Origin: a virus
Taxonomy: Duplodnaviria; Caudoviricetes
Length of the DNA stretch: 64,000 bases
Strand: one strand, 5' to 3'
Virus record (IMG/VR): IMGVR_UViG_3300032030_000026
Coordinates: 32,001 to 96,000 of that record
Under the pieces are notes generated by a model. It worked only from the letters and a program-made list of their open reading frames with translations, was not told the origin of the DNA and did no database searches. The translations under genes and the position numbers were made by a program. This document shows, piece by piece, positions 34,763 to 44,754 of the stretch (the first letter of the stretch is position 1; every line of letters starts with the position of its first letter).

Positions 34763-37700
34763 ATGAATTCGTTTACGGAATGTTTAAAACAGATAACCTC
34801 TCTGACTAAGAAGAATCTTCAGTTATTGAAGATGATTAATGATTCTTTTTATACTAAAAAAAATCACTTAGTTTCTATAGTTGATGGAGAACAATATGTG
34901 ATACCATCATTTCTGTCATTGGAGAGCAAAATAGATAATATAGAAGCTAATTTACAAAATATCCTGGATGCACCAAAAACCGGAGAAGCATTTACATATT
35001 ATGACGGCACGACACAAAAAATAGAGCTATCCGGCTATTCGAACACTCCGCCAAAAACGGATATTGTGGCTCCGGATACATTCTCGGCCTCGGTTAATCA
35101 TATTTTCAAAGATTTTATGACCCCACAACCTACCGTACGATTTGATATTGGTGGGATTGCTAATAATATCAAACACGTATTAGTTAAAAAAGTAGCTATT
35201 CATAATCCTATCTTGCTAGGTTTGATATCAGATAATGTTACAACTAGCAGCGAAGATATTACCGAGGAAGGAGATAAGAAAAGAGGTGCTATAGAATACG
35301 GTGATCTTGTTAAAACATTGTTTAATTACAGCAATGGTGTAGATTATGAAGAATATGATACTATACGCCGATTGCCATTGAGAATGGATAATCCGTCCGG
35401 CGAATATGATATTTTAGAGATTATCGATACCTGGCAGGACGAGAATTTCGAAGAGCACTATACTATTCGTCTGGATAAAGATTTAGTATATTACGTAAGA
35501 AATGGCACCATTCAAAAAAATATCATGATCGGCGACTACCTGGTTAGCCATAACGACAAGGTCGAAATGATTGTAGAAGACACTAATCCTGTTAATAGAT
35601 CGCTGACTGTTAAGATATTGCATGGTGCGTATGCCGAATTATATGATGTGACCTCCGGTAATATCGGAATGTATCGACTTAAATATCATAAAGTTAATGA
35701 TGAGATGTTCTCATCTTCTAAATATATAGAAGTGCCGCTAGAGGAAGATGAGCATATATGCATATTTATTGCTCCTATTAATGATACTACCAACACACAG
35801 GCCGCTTTTGGTACCGGAGCATATTTATATACAAACTATCTAATTATGTCTACTCCGAATGGAGAAGAAAGCTTTGCTGATTATTATCGTGATAATGTTA
35901 ATAATATTGGGGATGCATTGTTTGCTATTACCAATATGATGAATGACGATGATCAAGTAGAAAAACTTACCGGGTCCGAATTTTTAGCTCTTTCTACAAC
36001 TAAGCCATCTTTAAGTACGGAAGATCTTACTATATATCAGATCAACAAACATTTAAACGACTCCGAAAGTGTCAAAAAAATACGCAATCTGTATAGTCAG
36101 AAAGTCCATTATAAAAACGAATTATCCGATATTGAGAAAAAGATAGATGACATTAATAATATATTAGCGGATTCCTCATTTGACGATACGGATGAAACCC
36201 GTGAGTCCTATAAGGCGCAACTTCGGGAGTTAAATGCTCATCGCAGGGAGCTTACTCAGAATATTGTATCTATCGTGCAAGAAATATCGGAGAACGCCAA
36301 TTCATCGGACACACCCATAGAAAACGCAAAGTATCATATTCGCGGATTTGTTGATGTTAATGTACCCGGGAGAGCTAATGTGATTGGCATAGATGTTGAA
36401 TATAGATATAAAAACAAAAATAAATTCACGGGCAATGCCGAAACTATAGGAGAATCTTATATATATTCGGATTGGAATAAGATGGATTCTTTTATAAATG
36501 CTAAGTTGCCAAAATACGACACAATTACCGGCAAATACTCATATGAATGGGAATCTGGCAATGAGTCCGTTAATGAACCTTCTTTTAATCAAATCGATAT
36601 ACCCATCTCTCAAGGAGAAAATGTAGATATCCGGGTTAGATTTATATATAATCTGGGATGGCCGCTTATTACGTTCCGTTCCGACTGGTCCGATATTTTA
36701 AATATGGAGTTCCCCGAGGAGTTTATTAAAGATATTGAAATCTTAGATATCATATCGGAAAATAATGATGATATCAAACAACATCAATTTACCGGAATCT
36801 TAGAAAAAGAAGGAATTTTGGACCATGTATATGATAAAATCCGCGACATGGACCTTACATATTTCCATCAACCGGAACACATAGCTAGTGGATTTTACAC
36901 TCCGGAACGCCGAGTCATTCCTCTTTCCGAGCAACTCATGTCCATGGCTAGGACTTTGTCTGACTTGCAGACGGAAGTCAATGGCGCCACAGCTCAACTG
37001 GTGTTGACCGTATCCGATGGAATTCAAGAAACTACACTTCTGCCGGGAATAATGAATAGCTTCAGAGTCAGATCTTATATTGACTCGGTTAATGAAGGAA
37101 GTTATCAGATGATGAAATTCGATAGAGATCCGGATCTGCCAACCGGCGCTCAGAATAATGAACTTGTTGAAGCTCCGTTAGCCGTATCTAATATGGTCGT
37201 TAATATATACAATCCAACGGAATATACTATTAAATTACATTCCATATTCCCCGGCGATAATACCGTAGATTTGGATGAAACATTGGCTTCTAATAGATTT
37301 GGATATATGAATTATATCGGAGGCGGATATTGCTTGACGGAAGGTACGGAGCCAAAATCATCTAATATTGGTGGCCACAGTTATGACCCCGGATTTGGTG
37401 TGTGGATGATGATATCTGATGATGGTTCTTCCGGCCAATATCGGACTCTTCAAAAGCAGAATCAATTTATATATTTCCGCACCAATGTAGATGGAAAAAC
37501 ATTGTATTCCGCCGGAATATATGATGGAAGTGTGTTTAATAATACAAAACAATCCGTATCCGATGATAACTTCAACGGAAAGTTCCCGGAGAATCTAATA
37601 TCCGCCGGAAATAACAGCATACTCGAATTAGAAGACTACTTATATTATATGTATTCCAGTTCAGACAGTTCTGGTGTCTTATATAAAGGTATGGCTAGTT

Positions 37701-38083
37701 TATATCCGAATCTTGGAAATATAGAAGAGATATGTGCACCGGCGGGTTCCGGTTTTTACGAATTAAAACCCGGCGAATCCGTACAGGTTCCTTTAAATTT
37801 TGCATATTGGATTTCAAACAATCAAAGTACGTCTACTCAGGCTGCCGGAGATCTTAATTCAAACACATCCGCGGTGATGCGCCCTTATGACAATAAAGTG
37901 ACCCGTGCTATTGCATTTGATATCAGAACTTCACTTTTTGCCGATCCGGTAACATATAAATTGGCGGTCGAAGCCCATTATCAGGATTTGCAGACATTTA
38001 AGACGGCTAAGGTTAATAAAAAATCCGTGAGAAAACAATATTCTCCAACAACCGTTGTAAATCAAGGTAAAAAACGCAGATAA
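34763..38083 (+). CDS. Large virion structural protein
   Basis: 1106 aa with central coiled coil, in structural operon. Confidence 0.6.
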   Translation: MNSFTECLKQITSLTKKNLQLLKMINDSFYTKKNHLVSIVDGEQYVIPSFLSLESKIDNIEANLQNILDAPKTGEAFTYYDGTTQKIELSGYSNTPPKTDIVAPDTFSASVNHIFKDFMTPQPTVRFDIGGIANNIKHVLVKKVAIHNPILLGLISDNVTTSSEDITEEGDKKRGAIEYGDLVKTLFNYSNGVDYEEYDTIRRLPLRMDNPSGEYDILEIIDTWQDENFEEHYTIRLDKDLVYYVRNGTIQKNIMIGDYLVSHNDKVEMIVEDTNPVNRSLTVKILHGAYAELYDVTSGNIGMYRLKYHKVNDEMFSSSKYIEVPLEEDEHICIFIAPINDTTNTQAAFGTGAYLYTNYLIMSTPNGEESFADYYRDNVNNIGDALFAITNMMNDDDQVEKLTGSEFLALSTTKPSLSTEDLTIYQINKHLNDSESVKKIRNLYSQKVHYKNELSDIEKKIDDINNILADSSFDDTDETRESYKAQLRELNAHRRELTQNIVSIVQEISENANSSDTPIENAKYHIRGFVDVNVPGRANVIGIDVEYRYKNKNKFTGNAETIGESYIYSDWNKMDSFINAKLPKYDTITGKYSYEWESGNESVNEPSFNQIDIPISQGENVDIRVRFIYNLGWPLITFRSDWSDILNMEFPEEFIKDIEILDIISENNDDIKQHQFTGILEKEGILDHVYDKIRDMDLTYFHQPEHIASGFYTPERRVIPLSEQLMSMARTLSDLQTEVNGATAQLVLTVSDGIQETTLLPGIMNSFRVRSYIDSVNEGSYQMMKFDRDPDLPTGAQNNELVEAPLAVSNMVVNIYNPTEYTIKLHSIFPGDNTVDLDETLASNRFGYMNYIGGGYCLTEGTEPKSSNIGGHSYDPGFGVWMMISDDGSSGQYRTLQKQNQFIYFRTNVDGKTLYSAGIYDGSVFNNTKQSVSDDNFNGKFPENLISAGNNSILELEDYLYYMYSSSDSSGVLYKGMASLYPNLGNIEEICAPAGSGFYELKPGESVQVPLNFAYWISNNQSTSTQAAGDLNSNTSAVMRPYDNKVTRAIAFDIRTSLFADPVTYKLAVEAHYQDLQTFKTAKVNKKSVRKQYSPTTVVNQGKKRR

Positions 38084-38085
38084 TC

Positions 38086-39114
38086 ATGATGACACCGGAA
38101 GAAAAAAATATCATATATAAAATCCGGAAAGGAGATATAGATGTGAATAATCAGCAGATATTTCTATCTCTGCTTATAAAGGGCCTAGTATGGAATCTTA
38201 ATCAGAAGATAAAAATTCGCGGTATCCCCGTACCACACTTTATCATCAATACCGGTGACGATATTATGTATTTGGAGGTCAAAGGACAAGATCACTCCAT
38301 AGAACCATTAGAAGTTTCTAATGAGAATTTTGTTTATAATTCCGTTCCCAGATGCCTAGTCACCCCGGAAGGTATAACTATTCCAACCGATGATTTGTCA
38401 TCTCCATATGCTAACGGCATGTTCCAATACGAAAGTGAGGACAATATATATAGTTATACGGCGGAATTCCGGAGACTGCCAATGGAGTTATCCGTATCAT
38501 TAAAATATTATTTTGACTCATATACGGATTCGCTAGAAGGAATCCAACGTCTTCTGACCCATTGTGCTTTTGTGAATATTTTTGATATTCAGTATTTAGG
38601 TCAAACTATTCGCTCGAGTTACCAGATATCCGATCAATATGAAGCTCAATATCAGGTCGAATTTGATGGATTGAGTCAGGATAACAAATGCCGCGTGGTA
38701 GAAATGGATATTACTATAGACACTAACATGCCAATTATATATCCAAAAACCGCTATACTGGGTGATTTATTCATCAAAGAAGGAGCACATCTGCTTAGTA
38801 TACCCGGAGATAATATACAGGCTAGACAGTTCGCCTGCTATTCTTGCAATAATTATAAGAGAACCGGAGAGAGCGGATCTTATTTATGTCCGGCGTATTT
38901 GGTATATCGGAGACTTAAAGTACAAAACAATGAAATTACTCAAAAACAATCCGACTGGGCTCAAGAAAATAATGCCGAAGTAGATTTTATAAAAAACAAA
39001 CCGGATATTCCCACTTCTAAAGATGTTATTGATGATCTGAATCTAGCTAATAATCCCAATATTGATGATTTATTTGAAGATGGTTGCCCGGAATACAGTC
39101 CAATCGGAGGATAA
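38086..39114 (+). CDS. Putative tail completion/terminator-like protein
   Basis: VPRC..RLPMELSVSLKY; C-terminal QSDW..IKNKP module. Confidence 0.45.
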   Translation: MMTPEEKNIIYKIRKGDIDVNNQQIFLSLLIKGLVWNLNQKIKIRGIPVPHFIINTGDDIMYLEVKGQDHSIEPLEVSNENFVYNSVPRCLVTPEGITIPTDDLSSPYANGMFQYESEDNIYSYTAEFRRLPMELSVSLKYYFDSYTDSLEGIQRLLTHCAFVNIFDIQYLGQTIRSSYQISDQYEAQYQVEFDGLSQDNKCRVVEMDITIDTNMPIIYPKTAILGDLFIKEGAHLLSIPGDNIQARQFACYSCNNYKRTGESGSYLCPAYLVYRRLKVQNNEITQKQSDWAQENNAEVDFIKNKPDIPTSKDVIDDLNLANNPNIDDLFEDGCPEYSPIGG

Positions 39115-39130
39115 ATGAATTCACACCGAC

Positions 39131-39457
39131 ATGCCTATTACATTTTTACAAAAGATAGTAGGATTATCTAATCCAAATGGGACTCCCGTTATAAGGAGAG
39201 GTTCCGAAATTATATTACAGGGTCAAGAAGACATGACTATAAGACGGGGGCTGGAAATTACCGATACCGACACCCCTATTATAACTTCCATGATTCAATC
39301 CGGCTATTTTAAACAAGAACAAGCCGACTGGAATCAAGAAGATAATGTTAAAGTTGATTATATTAAGAACAAACCGGATATTTTAACACCGGATGAACTT
39401 ATAGATCAATTAGAAAAAGCGTCCGATATTGATATTGATAATTTATTTGGATTTTAA
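39131..39457 (+). CDS. Small structural protein with QxDW..IKNKP module
   Basis: QADWNQEDNVKVDYIKNKP. Confidence 0.6.
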   Translation: MPITFLQKIVGLSNPNGTPVIRRGSEIILQGQEDMTIRRGLEITDTDTPIITSMIQSGYFKQEQADWNQEDNVKVDYIKNKPDILTPDELIDQLEKASDIDIDNLFGF

Positions 39458-39484
39458 TGAAAAAATTATTAAACGAACATTGTT

Positions 39485-40177
39485 ATGAAATTAAGATTTG
39501 GAGAATTAAGGCCCGGAAAGGTGCTGCGCGTAGAAGATTCCTACGGTACCATCAAAGGAAGCTGTCTCGGAATATTTGCGGAAACCGAAGATCCGGATAA
39601 ACTCCCTCCAATGTTTCCTAATCCATTAGGACAGACTTCTTCCACATCATTTTGCCAGCCTCATGAGGGTGATCTTATCTGGGTAATGTCCTTTTCCGAC
39701 AATCCTTGGACATTATATTATACATTTCAAAACAGCGCCGGATATCATAATAAAGAAATTCTGGATAATAATTATAAGGATGCCGAAATCTTAATGCGAC
39801 GGAAAAACGAATCCGGAGAAGATGCTATGATGGAATATAATAGCAAAGACGGATCGGTTATTCGAAACGGTAAAGCTATATATCAAGCGGATCAAGATGG
39901 CAATCTTCATATGGAAAGAGAAGGAGAACACAGGACCGTTGAAGTTAATGAAGCCGGTATTTCATTAGGGAGTTCGGGTAAGTCCGACCAACCGGCGGTC
40001 TTAGGAGATAAATGCGAAGATTCTTTTAAATCCATATATAAATGTCTTATGCAAATAGCAACAGTATGCAAGGATAATCCATACACAGCCGCTATTGCAC
40101 CGGCTATTGAAAATGTGCTTCCTGAGATCAGAAGCAATATAGAACAAATAAAATCGGAATACGTAACTCTTGATTAA
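39485..40177 (+). CDS. Baseplate central spike protein (gp5/gpV OB-fold-like)
   Basis: GKVLRVED..G.IK..QPHEGDLIWV.F; QPAVLGD. Confidence 0.65.
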   Translation: MKLRFGELRPGKVLRVEDSYGTIKGSCLGIFAETEDPDKLPPMFPNPLGQTSSTSFCQPHEGDLIWVMSFSDNPWTLYYTFQNSAGYHNKEILDNNYKDAEILMRRKNESGEDAMMEYNSKDGSVIRNGKAIYQADQDGNLHMEREGEHRTVEVNEAGISLGSSGKSDQPAVLGDKCEDSFKSIYKCLMQIATVCKDNPYTAAIAPAIENVLPEIRSNIEQIKSEYVTLD

Positions 40178-40179
40178 TT

Positions 40180-41004
40180 ATGGATGTAAAAAATGCTATG
40201 GAAAGTATTGAAAATATAGGTAACGATAGTGTAAATACCGCCGCAAATGTATTAAATAATGTTACCAATCGCGCCTCCGATATATTGCGTGCTATGGAAA
40301 ATACTCCCGAGTTTAAAAATTATAAGCCGGAAGATCCATTTAAAAAAGAAGATAAAGAATTGGGTATAGTTCCAAAAGAATTATCGGAATCGTCGGAAAA
40401 TCCGGCTAAACCGATATCTAAAACACAACAACTCAAAGAAAAATTCCAACAAGGCGTAAAAAACATTATTCCCGGATTGAATATTGATAATATTCTTGAA
40501 AATCTCGCCGGCAAATGTAAACCGCTGCAAGATGCTATGGGGCCTATTAAAGACTCTATTTATAATATAAATGAGAATAAAAGATTAACTCCCGAAGAAA
40601 AAGTCATCCGAATCGAGGCTTTGAAAAAACAACGACAAAAGCAAATAGATGCCTGGAAAGAATCACAAAAAGATTATGTTATGCATGTTATAAATGATAT
40701 TAAGGCGGATTTTGGAGAAATCAAGTTTGGGGTAGAATCTTTGACTACTATGATCCCTATAGTAATATCTCAAATCAACCTACCTACTTTCATAGGCACG
40801 GGAGCTCCTAATCCGGCTAGAATAGCGGCGGACTTTCTTTCATACAAAAGATTATTACAAGCTATAGCACACCCCATCCAAACAGCCGCATGCAAAATGC
40901 TAGATAATTGCGATAGGATCGGTTTTGATCTACCTGACCCTGTCCTTAAAGTAGTAGAGACCGTGGTCACATTAGGAGAAACAATAGATAAGATTCCCGG
41001 ATAA
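40180..41004 (+). CDS. Hypothetical protein
   Basis: 274-aa ORF. Confidence 0.7.
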   Translation: MDVKNAMESIENIGNDSVNTAANVLNNVTNRASDILRAMENTPEFKNYKPEDPFKKEDKELGIVPKELSESSENPAKPISKTQQLKEKFQQGVKNIIPGLNIDNILENLAGKCKPLQDAMGPIKDSIYNINENKRLTPEEKVIRIEALKKQRQKQIDAWKESQKDYVMHVINDIKADFGEIKFGVESLTTMIPIVISQINLPTFIGTGAPNPARIAADFLSYKRLLQAIAHPIQTAACKMLDNCDRIGFDLPDPVLKVVETVVTLGETIDKIPG

Positions 41005-41025
41005 TATAATTATTTCGCGCATAAA

Positions 41026-41105
41026 CATAGTAAATTCAAGCGATCGCGTCTTAGATGATTAGTTATATCACTTAAGGTACGATCGCTTGTTATATCGCAG
41101 ATATG
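41026..41105 (-). repeat. Convergent-junction hairpin element, copy 3 (inverted)
   Basis: Reverse complement reads GCGATATAACAAGCGATCGTACCTTAAGTGATATAACTAATCATCTAAGACGCGATCGCTTGAATTT. Confidence 0.8.
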
Positions 41106-41111
41106 AGAGTT

Positions 41112-41375
41112 TTAAGATTGTTGTTCTCTAATCTCCTTCATCTCCTTCCACCATTTCTCGCTATATTGATAGTCGTAGCTATATAATCCTACACTAATAA
41201 GTGTAATGGTGGGAATAAGAATGGCCAATACTATCCAGAATAGCGGAGTACAATAAGAGTATAATTGAATCATTCCGCAAATCAAGCATATTCCGAGTAT
41301 GGTGAGCAAAATTGCTGTCCAAATATTCGCTAATATCTCAACGATTCTTTCTATTCTTGTCATAATTTTATTCAA
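41112..41375 (-). CDS. Small two-TM membrane protein
   Basis: Two hydrophobic stretches. Confidence 0.6.
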   Translation of the reverse strand: MNKIMTRIERIVEILANIWTAILLTILGICLICGMIQLYSYCTPLFWIVLAILIPTITLISVGLYSYDYQYSEKWWKEMKEIREQQS

Positions 41376-41377
41376 TT

Positions 41378-41962
41378 TTATTCTTCCGGAAGCTTATTTT
41401 GCGGCAACGCTTTATTGATCTCCGTTCTCTTAACGGCCAATCCCATCCTTGCGGCAATATCTATAGTTTCATCATCCATATCGGATTTGGGGTTATCCGG
41501 GTTATATGGGGCCAATAGATTATTAGTGTCTAAGAAGCCATAAAACAATCCTTCTACGTGCATGTCAAACGACTTTTGAAACATCTCATAAGCATATTTG
41601 AGCTCCAAATATTTAGCGGCGGTACATAGAACGACCATATTAGATCCTTTTGGGCGAAATTGACCGGATAGTTTTCGTACGCGTTTGGCATATTTGTCGT
41701 GAGCATCATTGCCAAAGTAAGTCATTTTGCTTACATGACAATATATAATGGCCACCTGTTGAAAAAGATCTTTACATTTATAACCGGAAATCTTAAAGAA
41801 GTATGTTTGTTCTTTTTCATTAATAAGATCTTCTTCGGTGATTCCGTATTTTTGCATTAAAGAATTCAACAAGGATTCCGCCGAGATTTTTTCACCGGCT
41901 TCACCCTGTTCGGCAAGAGCCCTGATTTTATTAATTTTATTAATGATATCGTCTTTTGTCAT
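41378..41962 (-). CDS. DUF2786-domain protein
   Basis: IINKINKIRALA..GEK..A...LMQKYGI; start moved to MTKDD downstream of the promoter motif. Confidence 0.7.
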   Translation of the reverse strand: MTKDDIINKINKIRALAEQGEAGEKISAESLLNSLMQKYGITEEDLINEKEQTYFFKISGYKCKDLFQQVAIIYCHVSKMTYFGNDAHDKYAKRVRKLSGQFRPKGSNMVVLCTAAKYLELKYAYEMFQKSFDMHVEGLFYGFLDTNNLLAPYNPDNPKSDMDDETIDIAARMGLAVKRTEINKALPQNKLPEE

Positions 41963-41988
41963 TATTTTTCGATCTTTTGATTTTGTGA

Positions 41989-42019
41989 TATTATATAATC
42001 GGTTTTCAAAAAGGTTAAG
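41989..42019 (-). promoter_or_regulatory. Phage promoter motif
   Basis: CTTAA-N13-CGATTATATAATA on minus strand. Confidence 0.75.
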
Positions 42020-42034
42020 AGGAAAAACTAACAA

Positions 42035-42229
42035 TTAGTCGGTAAACCCGCAGGAATTAAGATCTTTTCGATTTTGATATTCCTCCACCATAGCATCAGC
42101 TATATTAAAAGCCTCATTAGCTAGTTTTTTAGGAAGGAGCATGGCGGATATTTCGGCAAATTTTATACCGCTCTCTAAAATGCCTTGCATAGCGGCTATA
42201 GCGCAATTTTGATAAAATTCCTCATTCAT
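42035..42229 (-). CDS. Small phage protein
   Basis: AIAAMQGIL...AFNIADAM motif. Confidence 0.7.
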   Translation of the reverse strand: MNEEFYQNCAIAAMQGILESGIKFAEISAMLLPKKLANEAFNIADAMVEEYQNRKDLNSCGFTD

Positions 42230-42597
42230 AATCTTTCCTTCGATCCGATATCCGGGTTATCATGGGTGTGCCACCAACATTCCTCTTTTTCTAAAAATGA
42301 TTCTTTTTGACCCATGCCATCTAAAAACTCGGAATATTCTTTGTCAAGTTCGTCGGCCATCATCATAGCGGCCACGCATAGTCCCTCTCTAAAGCCTTCT
42401 TGAAGATAATATAATTGCTCATCGGATATATCATCGGACTTGATAGTTTGTTTTCTCATATCTCGAACCCGGTTGATGACCTGTTTGAGTAACATGATTT
42501 TAATTGCCGCTCGTGTGGACAGTTCCTTTGAATATGATTTTCTCCGGTGAGGTGCATCGTCCGGAGCATCATGGGGTGGTATAGCATTTATAGGCAT
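42226..42597 (-). CDS. Hypothetical protein
   Basis: 123-aa ORF, ATGA-coupled. Confidence 0.6.
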   Translation of the reverse strand: MPINAIPPHDAPDDAPHRRKSYSKELSTRAAIKIMLLKQVINRVRDMRKQTIKSDDISDEQLYYLQEGFREGLCVAAMMMADELDKEYSEFLDGMGQKESFLEKEECWWHTHDNPDIGSKERL

Positions 42598-42608
42598 GTG
42601 CTTAAGTT

Positions 42609-42866
42609 TTAATTATAAATGGAAATCACTTTAATACCCATAATCACATATCCTTCCTTGCAGTATTCTGGATCATCCAATATATAGGTAACTTCCGCGA
42701 TAATTTCTCTCCCGGAATATTCGCCGCCGAAAAATTCTTTTAGTTCGAGAATATCCTGTACATGAAAGTCTCTGTCATTTTTCCGGACTTCAAAAGTCTT
42801 ATTTCCACTTTCTATCGCCCGATAATATTTCGGCATGATTTTTAATGTATGATGTTGTCTGCTCAT
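42609..42866 (-). CDS. DUF3850/ASCH-like (PUA-fold) protein
   Basis: HTLKIMPKYY.AI.SG.KTFEVRKNDRDF..D.L.LKE. Confidence 0.8.
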   Translation of the reverse strand: MSRQHHTLKIMPKYYRAIESGNKTFEVRKNDRDFHVQDILELKEFFGGEYSGREIIAEVTYILDDPEYCKEGYVIMGIKVISIYN

Positions 42867-42893
42867 AATTGATGATTTTTTATTTCGAATAAC

Positions 42894-43133
42894 TTATACT
42901 AAATTTAATCTTATACCTATATACACTCGAATTGCATCATAATGTTCTCGGATGTAATTGGGATTGTTCGGAATGGCCTCTATAGTATTGATAAATTCGT
43001 TCACTACCGTATCCGGATATTGAAGCAATGGAGTTAAATCTTTCGCGCCAATGTTTTTAACACCTTTTTCGATAAGGTTGACAAATGTGTCTATTAAATT
43101 ATCTACGTCTTTTAAGGAAAACTTCGGCTCCAT
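42894..43133 (-). CDS. Hypothetical protein
   Basis: 79-aa ORF downstream of a promoter motif. Confidence 0.6.
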   Translation of the reverse strand: MEPKFSLKDVDNLIDTFVNLIEKGVKNIGAKDLTPLLQYPDTVVNEFINTIEAIPNNPNYIREHYDAIRVYIGIRLNLV

Positions 43134-43153
43134 AATTTTTTTTTAATTACTAA

Positions 43154-43184
43154 TTATATATAATCGAGTTCTTAATCTATTAAG
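43154..43184 (-). promoter_or_regulatory. Phage promoter motif
   Basis: CTTAA-N13-CGATTATATA on minus strand. Confidence 0.7.
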
Positions 43185-43455
43185 ATATTTCTTTGCCGCA
43201 TATAGGGCAATACTTAATAGGAATCCAAATATTGGCCACTTTTCTTTTATCGTCGGCAAAATACACATTTAGATTAGATACTAATCCGTCTATATTGTGT
43301 CTTTTTCTAGAAATGGGTGTCGGAGGTATGATTGCCGCCATGACTTCGTAGTCCGGATAATCTTTAGTGTCAACGGAAACCGGCAATAAATCTCTATATT
43401 TATGTTTATAAGCATCCATTTTATCGGATGTCAATGCTTCACAATATTTGCACAT
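43180..43455 (-). CDS. Small Zn-ribbon protein
   Basis: MCKYC ... IKYCPICG. Confidence 0.65.
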   Translation of the reverse strand: MCKYCEALTSDKMDAYKHKYRDLLPVSVDTKDYPDYEVMAAIIPPTPISRKRHNIDGLVSNLNVYFADDKRKVANIWIPIKYCPICGKEIS

Positions 43456-43474
43456 ATCTTAATAGGTTATGATC

Positions 43475-43873
43475 TTAATAGGTTATGCTATTAGACAAAT
43501 ACGCTTCAAAAAACTTTAGTTTTTCTTGTGCTATCTCTTCGGATTCGCAGTTGATATACATCTTATCGCCATCTAGAAAATGTACCACCACTTTAGCATC
43601 TTCCCAGATATATCCTTCTTCATCAAACCGGCGCTCTTCAATGTCCCTGTACTTTATAGCTTCTTCTTTTGTATAAAATTCTTCCCGAAACAGACTGCCG
43701 CAGTCCCCATACATATCTTCTTCATAGACTTTTTTGGTGATTTTTTCACCGCCAAACCATGTGAGTTTTACTATGGGTTCTCCTTTCTTATGAAGAAGCT
43801 GGAAACTTTTCCATTTTCTTTTGGGAATGTACTCCACATGGCTTAATTTTTCGAATATGATCTTTCTTTCCAT
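43475..43873 (-). CDS. Hypothetical protein
   Basis: 132-aa ORF. Confidence 0.6.
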   Translation of the reverse strand: MERKIIFEKLSHVEYIPKRKWKSFQLLHKKGEPIVKLTWFGGEKITKKVYEEDMYGDCGSLFREEFYTKEEAIKYRDIEERRFDEEGYIWEDAKVVVHFLDGDKMYINCESEEIAQEKLKFFEAYLSNSITY

Positions 43874-43880
43874 AGCGAAC

Positions 43881-44213
43881 TTATTTTAAATATTCTTTTT
43901 CAAATTCGTCTGTTTTGAGAGGAAAATATCGTTGTCCTGGTAACTGCTTTAAATCATATCCATTACAATATTCTAACAATATTGGATATTTCTTAAAAAT
44001 TGGATCTGTATAATGAAAATCAAACCAAGTATACATGTCACGATCTTCCGGATTGTTGGAGGACTTATATTTATCTCCATATATAGAAAGATAGTTTCTA
44101 TCTGTAGTGTAAATCTTACCAGGTTTCTCCCTAAGAGTTATTCCGCAAGTTCCCTTATACAAATAGAGTCCTGTGATTTTATGTTTTAATACATATGGTT
44201 TTTGTCTATTCAT
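43881..44213 (-). CDS. Hypothetical protein
   Basis: 110-aa ORF, LKHKITGLY N-terminus. Confidence 0.6.
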   Translation of the reverse strand: MNRQKPYVLKHKITGLYLYKGTCGITLREKPGKIYTTDRNYLSIYGDKYKSSNNPEDRDMYTWFDFHYTDPIFKKYPILLEYCNGYDLKQLPGQRYFPLKTDEFEKEYLK

Positions 44214-44235
44214 TATTATAAGAATTTCTTTATGA

Positions 44236-44266
44236 TATTATATAACCGGAATTTAAAAAGGTTAAG
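44236..44266 (-). promoter_or_regulatory. Phage promoter motif
   Basis: CTTAA-N13-CGGTTATATAATA on minus strand. Confidence 0.75.
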
Positions 44267-44474
44267 TTGTTTTTCTCCAAGCACAATCCTTTTTAAAACA
44301 TTTCATGTCGTTGGAAACATACCAAAGAGCTTTGAATTGTTCGTTAATCTCCCGATATTCGGACTTCCAGTGTCTATATTTATTCTTATATACTCTATAA
44401 AGATTATAAAAATACACACAAAGAACCAATAAGATTACGGATACAAAAATTAAAATCACTGATAATAATGTCAT
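44262..44474 (-). CDS. Small membrane-anchored protein
   Basis: N-terminal TM helix. Confidence 0.55.
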   Translation of the reverse strand: MTLLSVILIFVSVILLVLCVYFYNLYRVYKNKYRHWKSEYREINEQFKALWYVSNDMKCFKKDCAWRKTT

Positions 44475-44743
44475 AGGTTTGATTTTTGTTGAAAATTTTC
44501 ACATTTATCACAATCGTGCACAAACATCCGGGATTCGCCGGATTCGTCGGCGAGATTGCATCTTCCCCGATCCTCAATAAGGTCATCCAGAACTATATTG
44601 ATACTTTTGTAATGCACACAATTCCTACAAATGTTAGATTCATTAGTTTCTTTATACTTCATCCATTTATGAACCACCACGCATAGTATAATGAGACTTG
44701 TGATGAAGAAAATTACAAAAAATGCACAAATTGATTTTATCAT
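44471..44743 (-). CDS. Small membrane-anchored Cys-rich protein
   Basis: TM helix plus CRNCVHY...C...CDKC. Confidence 0.55.
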   Translation of the reverse strand: MIKSICAFFVIFFITSLIILCVVVHKWMKYKETNESNICRNCVHYKSINIVLDDLIEDRGRCNLADESGESRMFVHDCDKCENFQQKSNL

Positions 44744-44754
44744 AATGTTATAAA

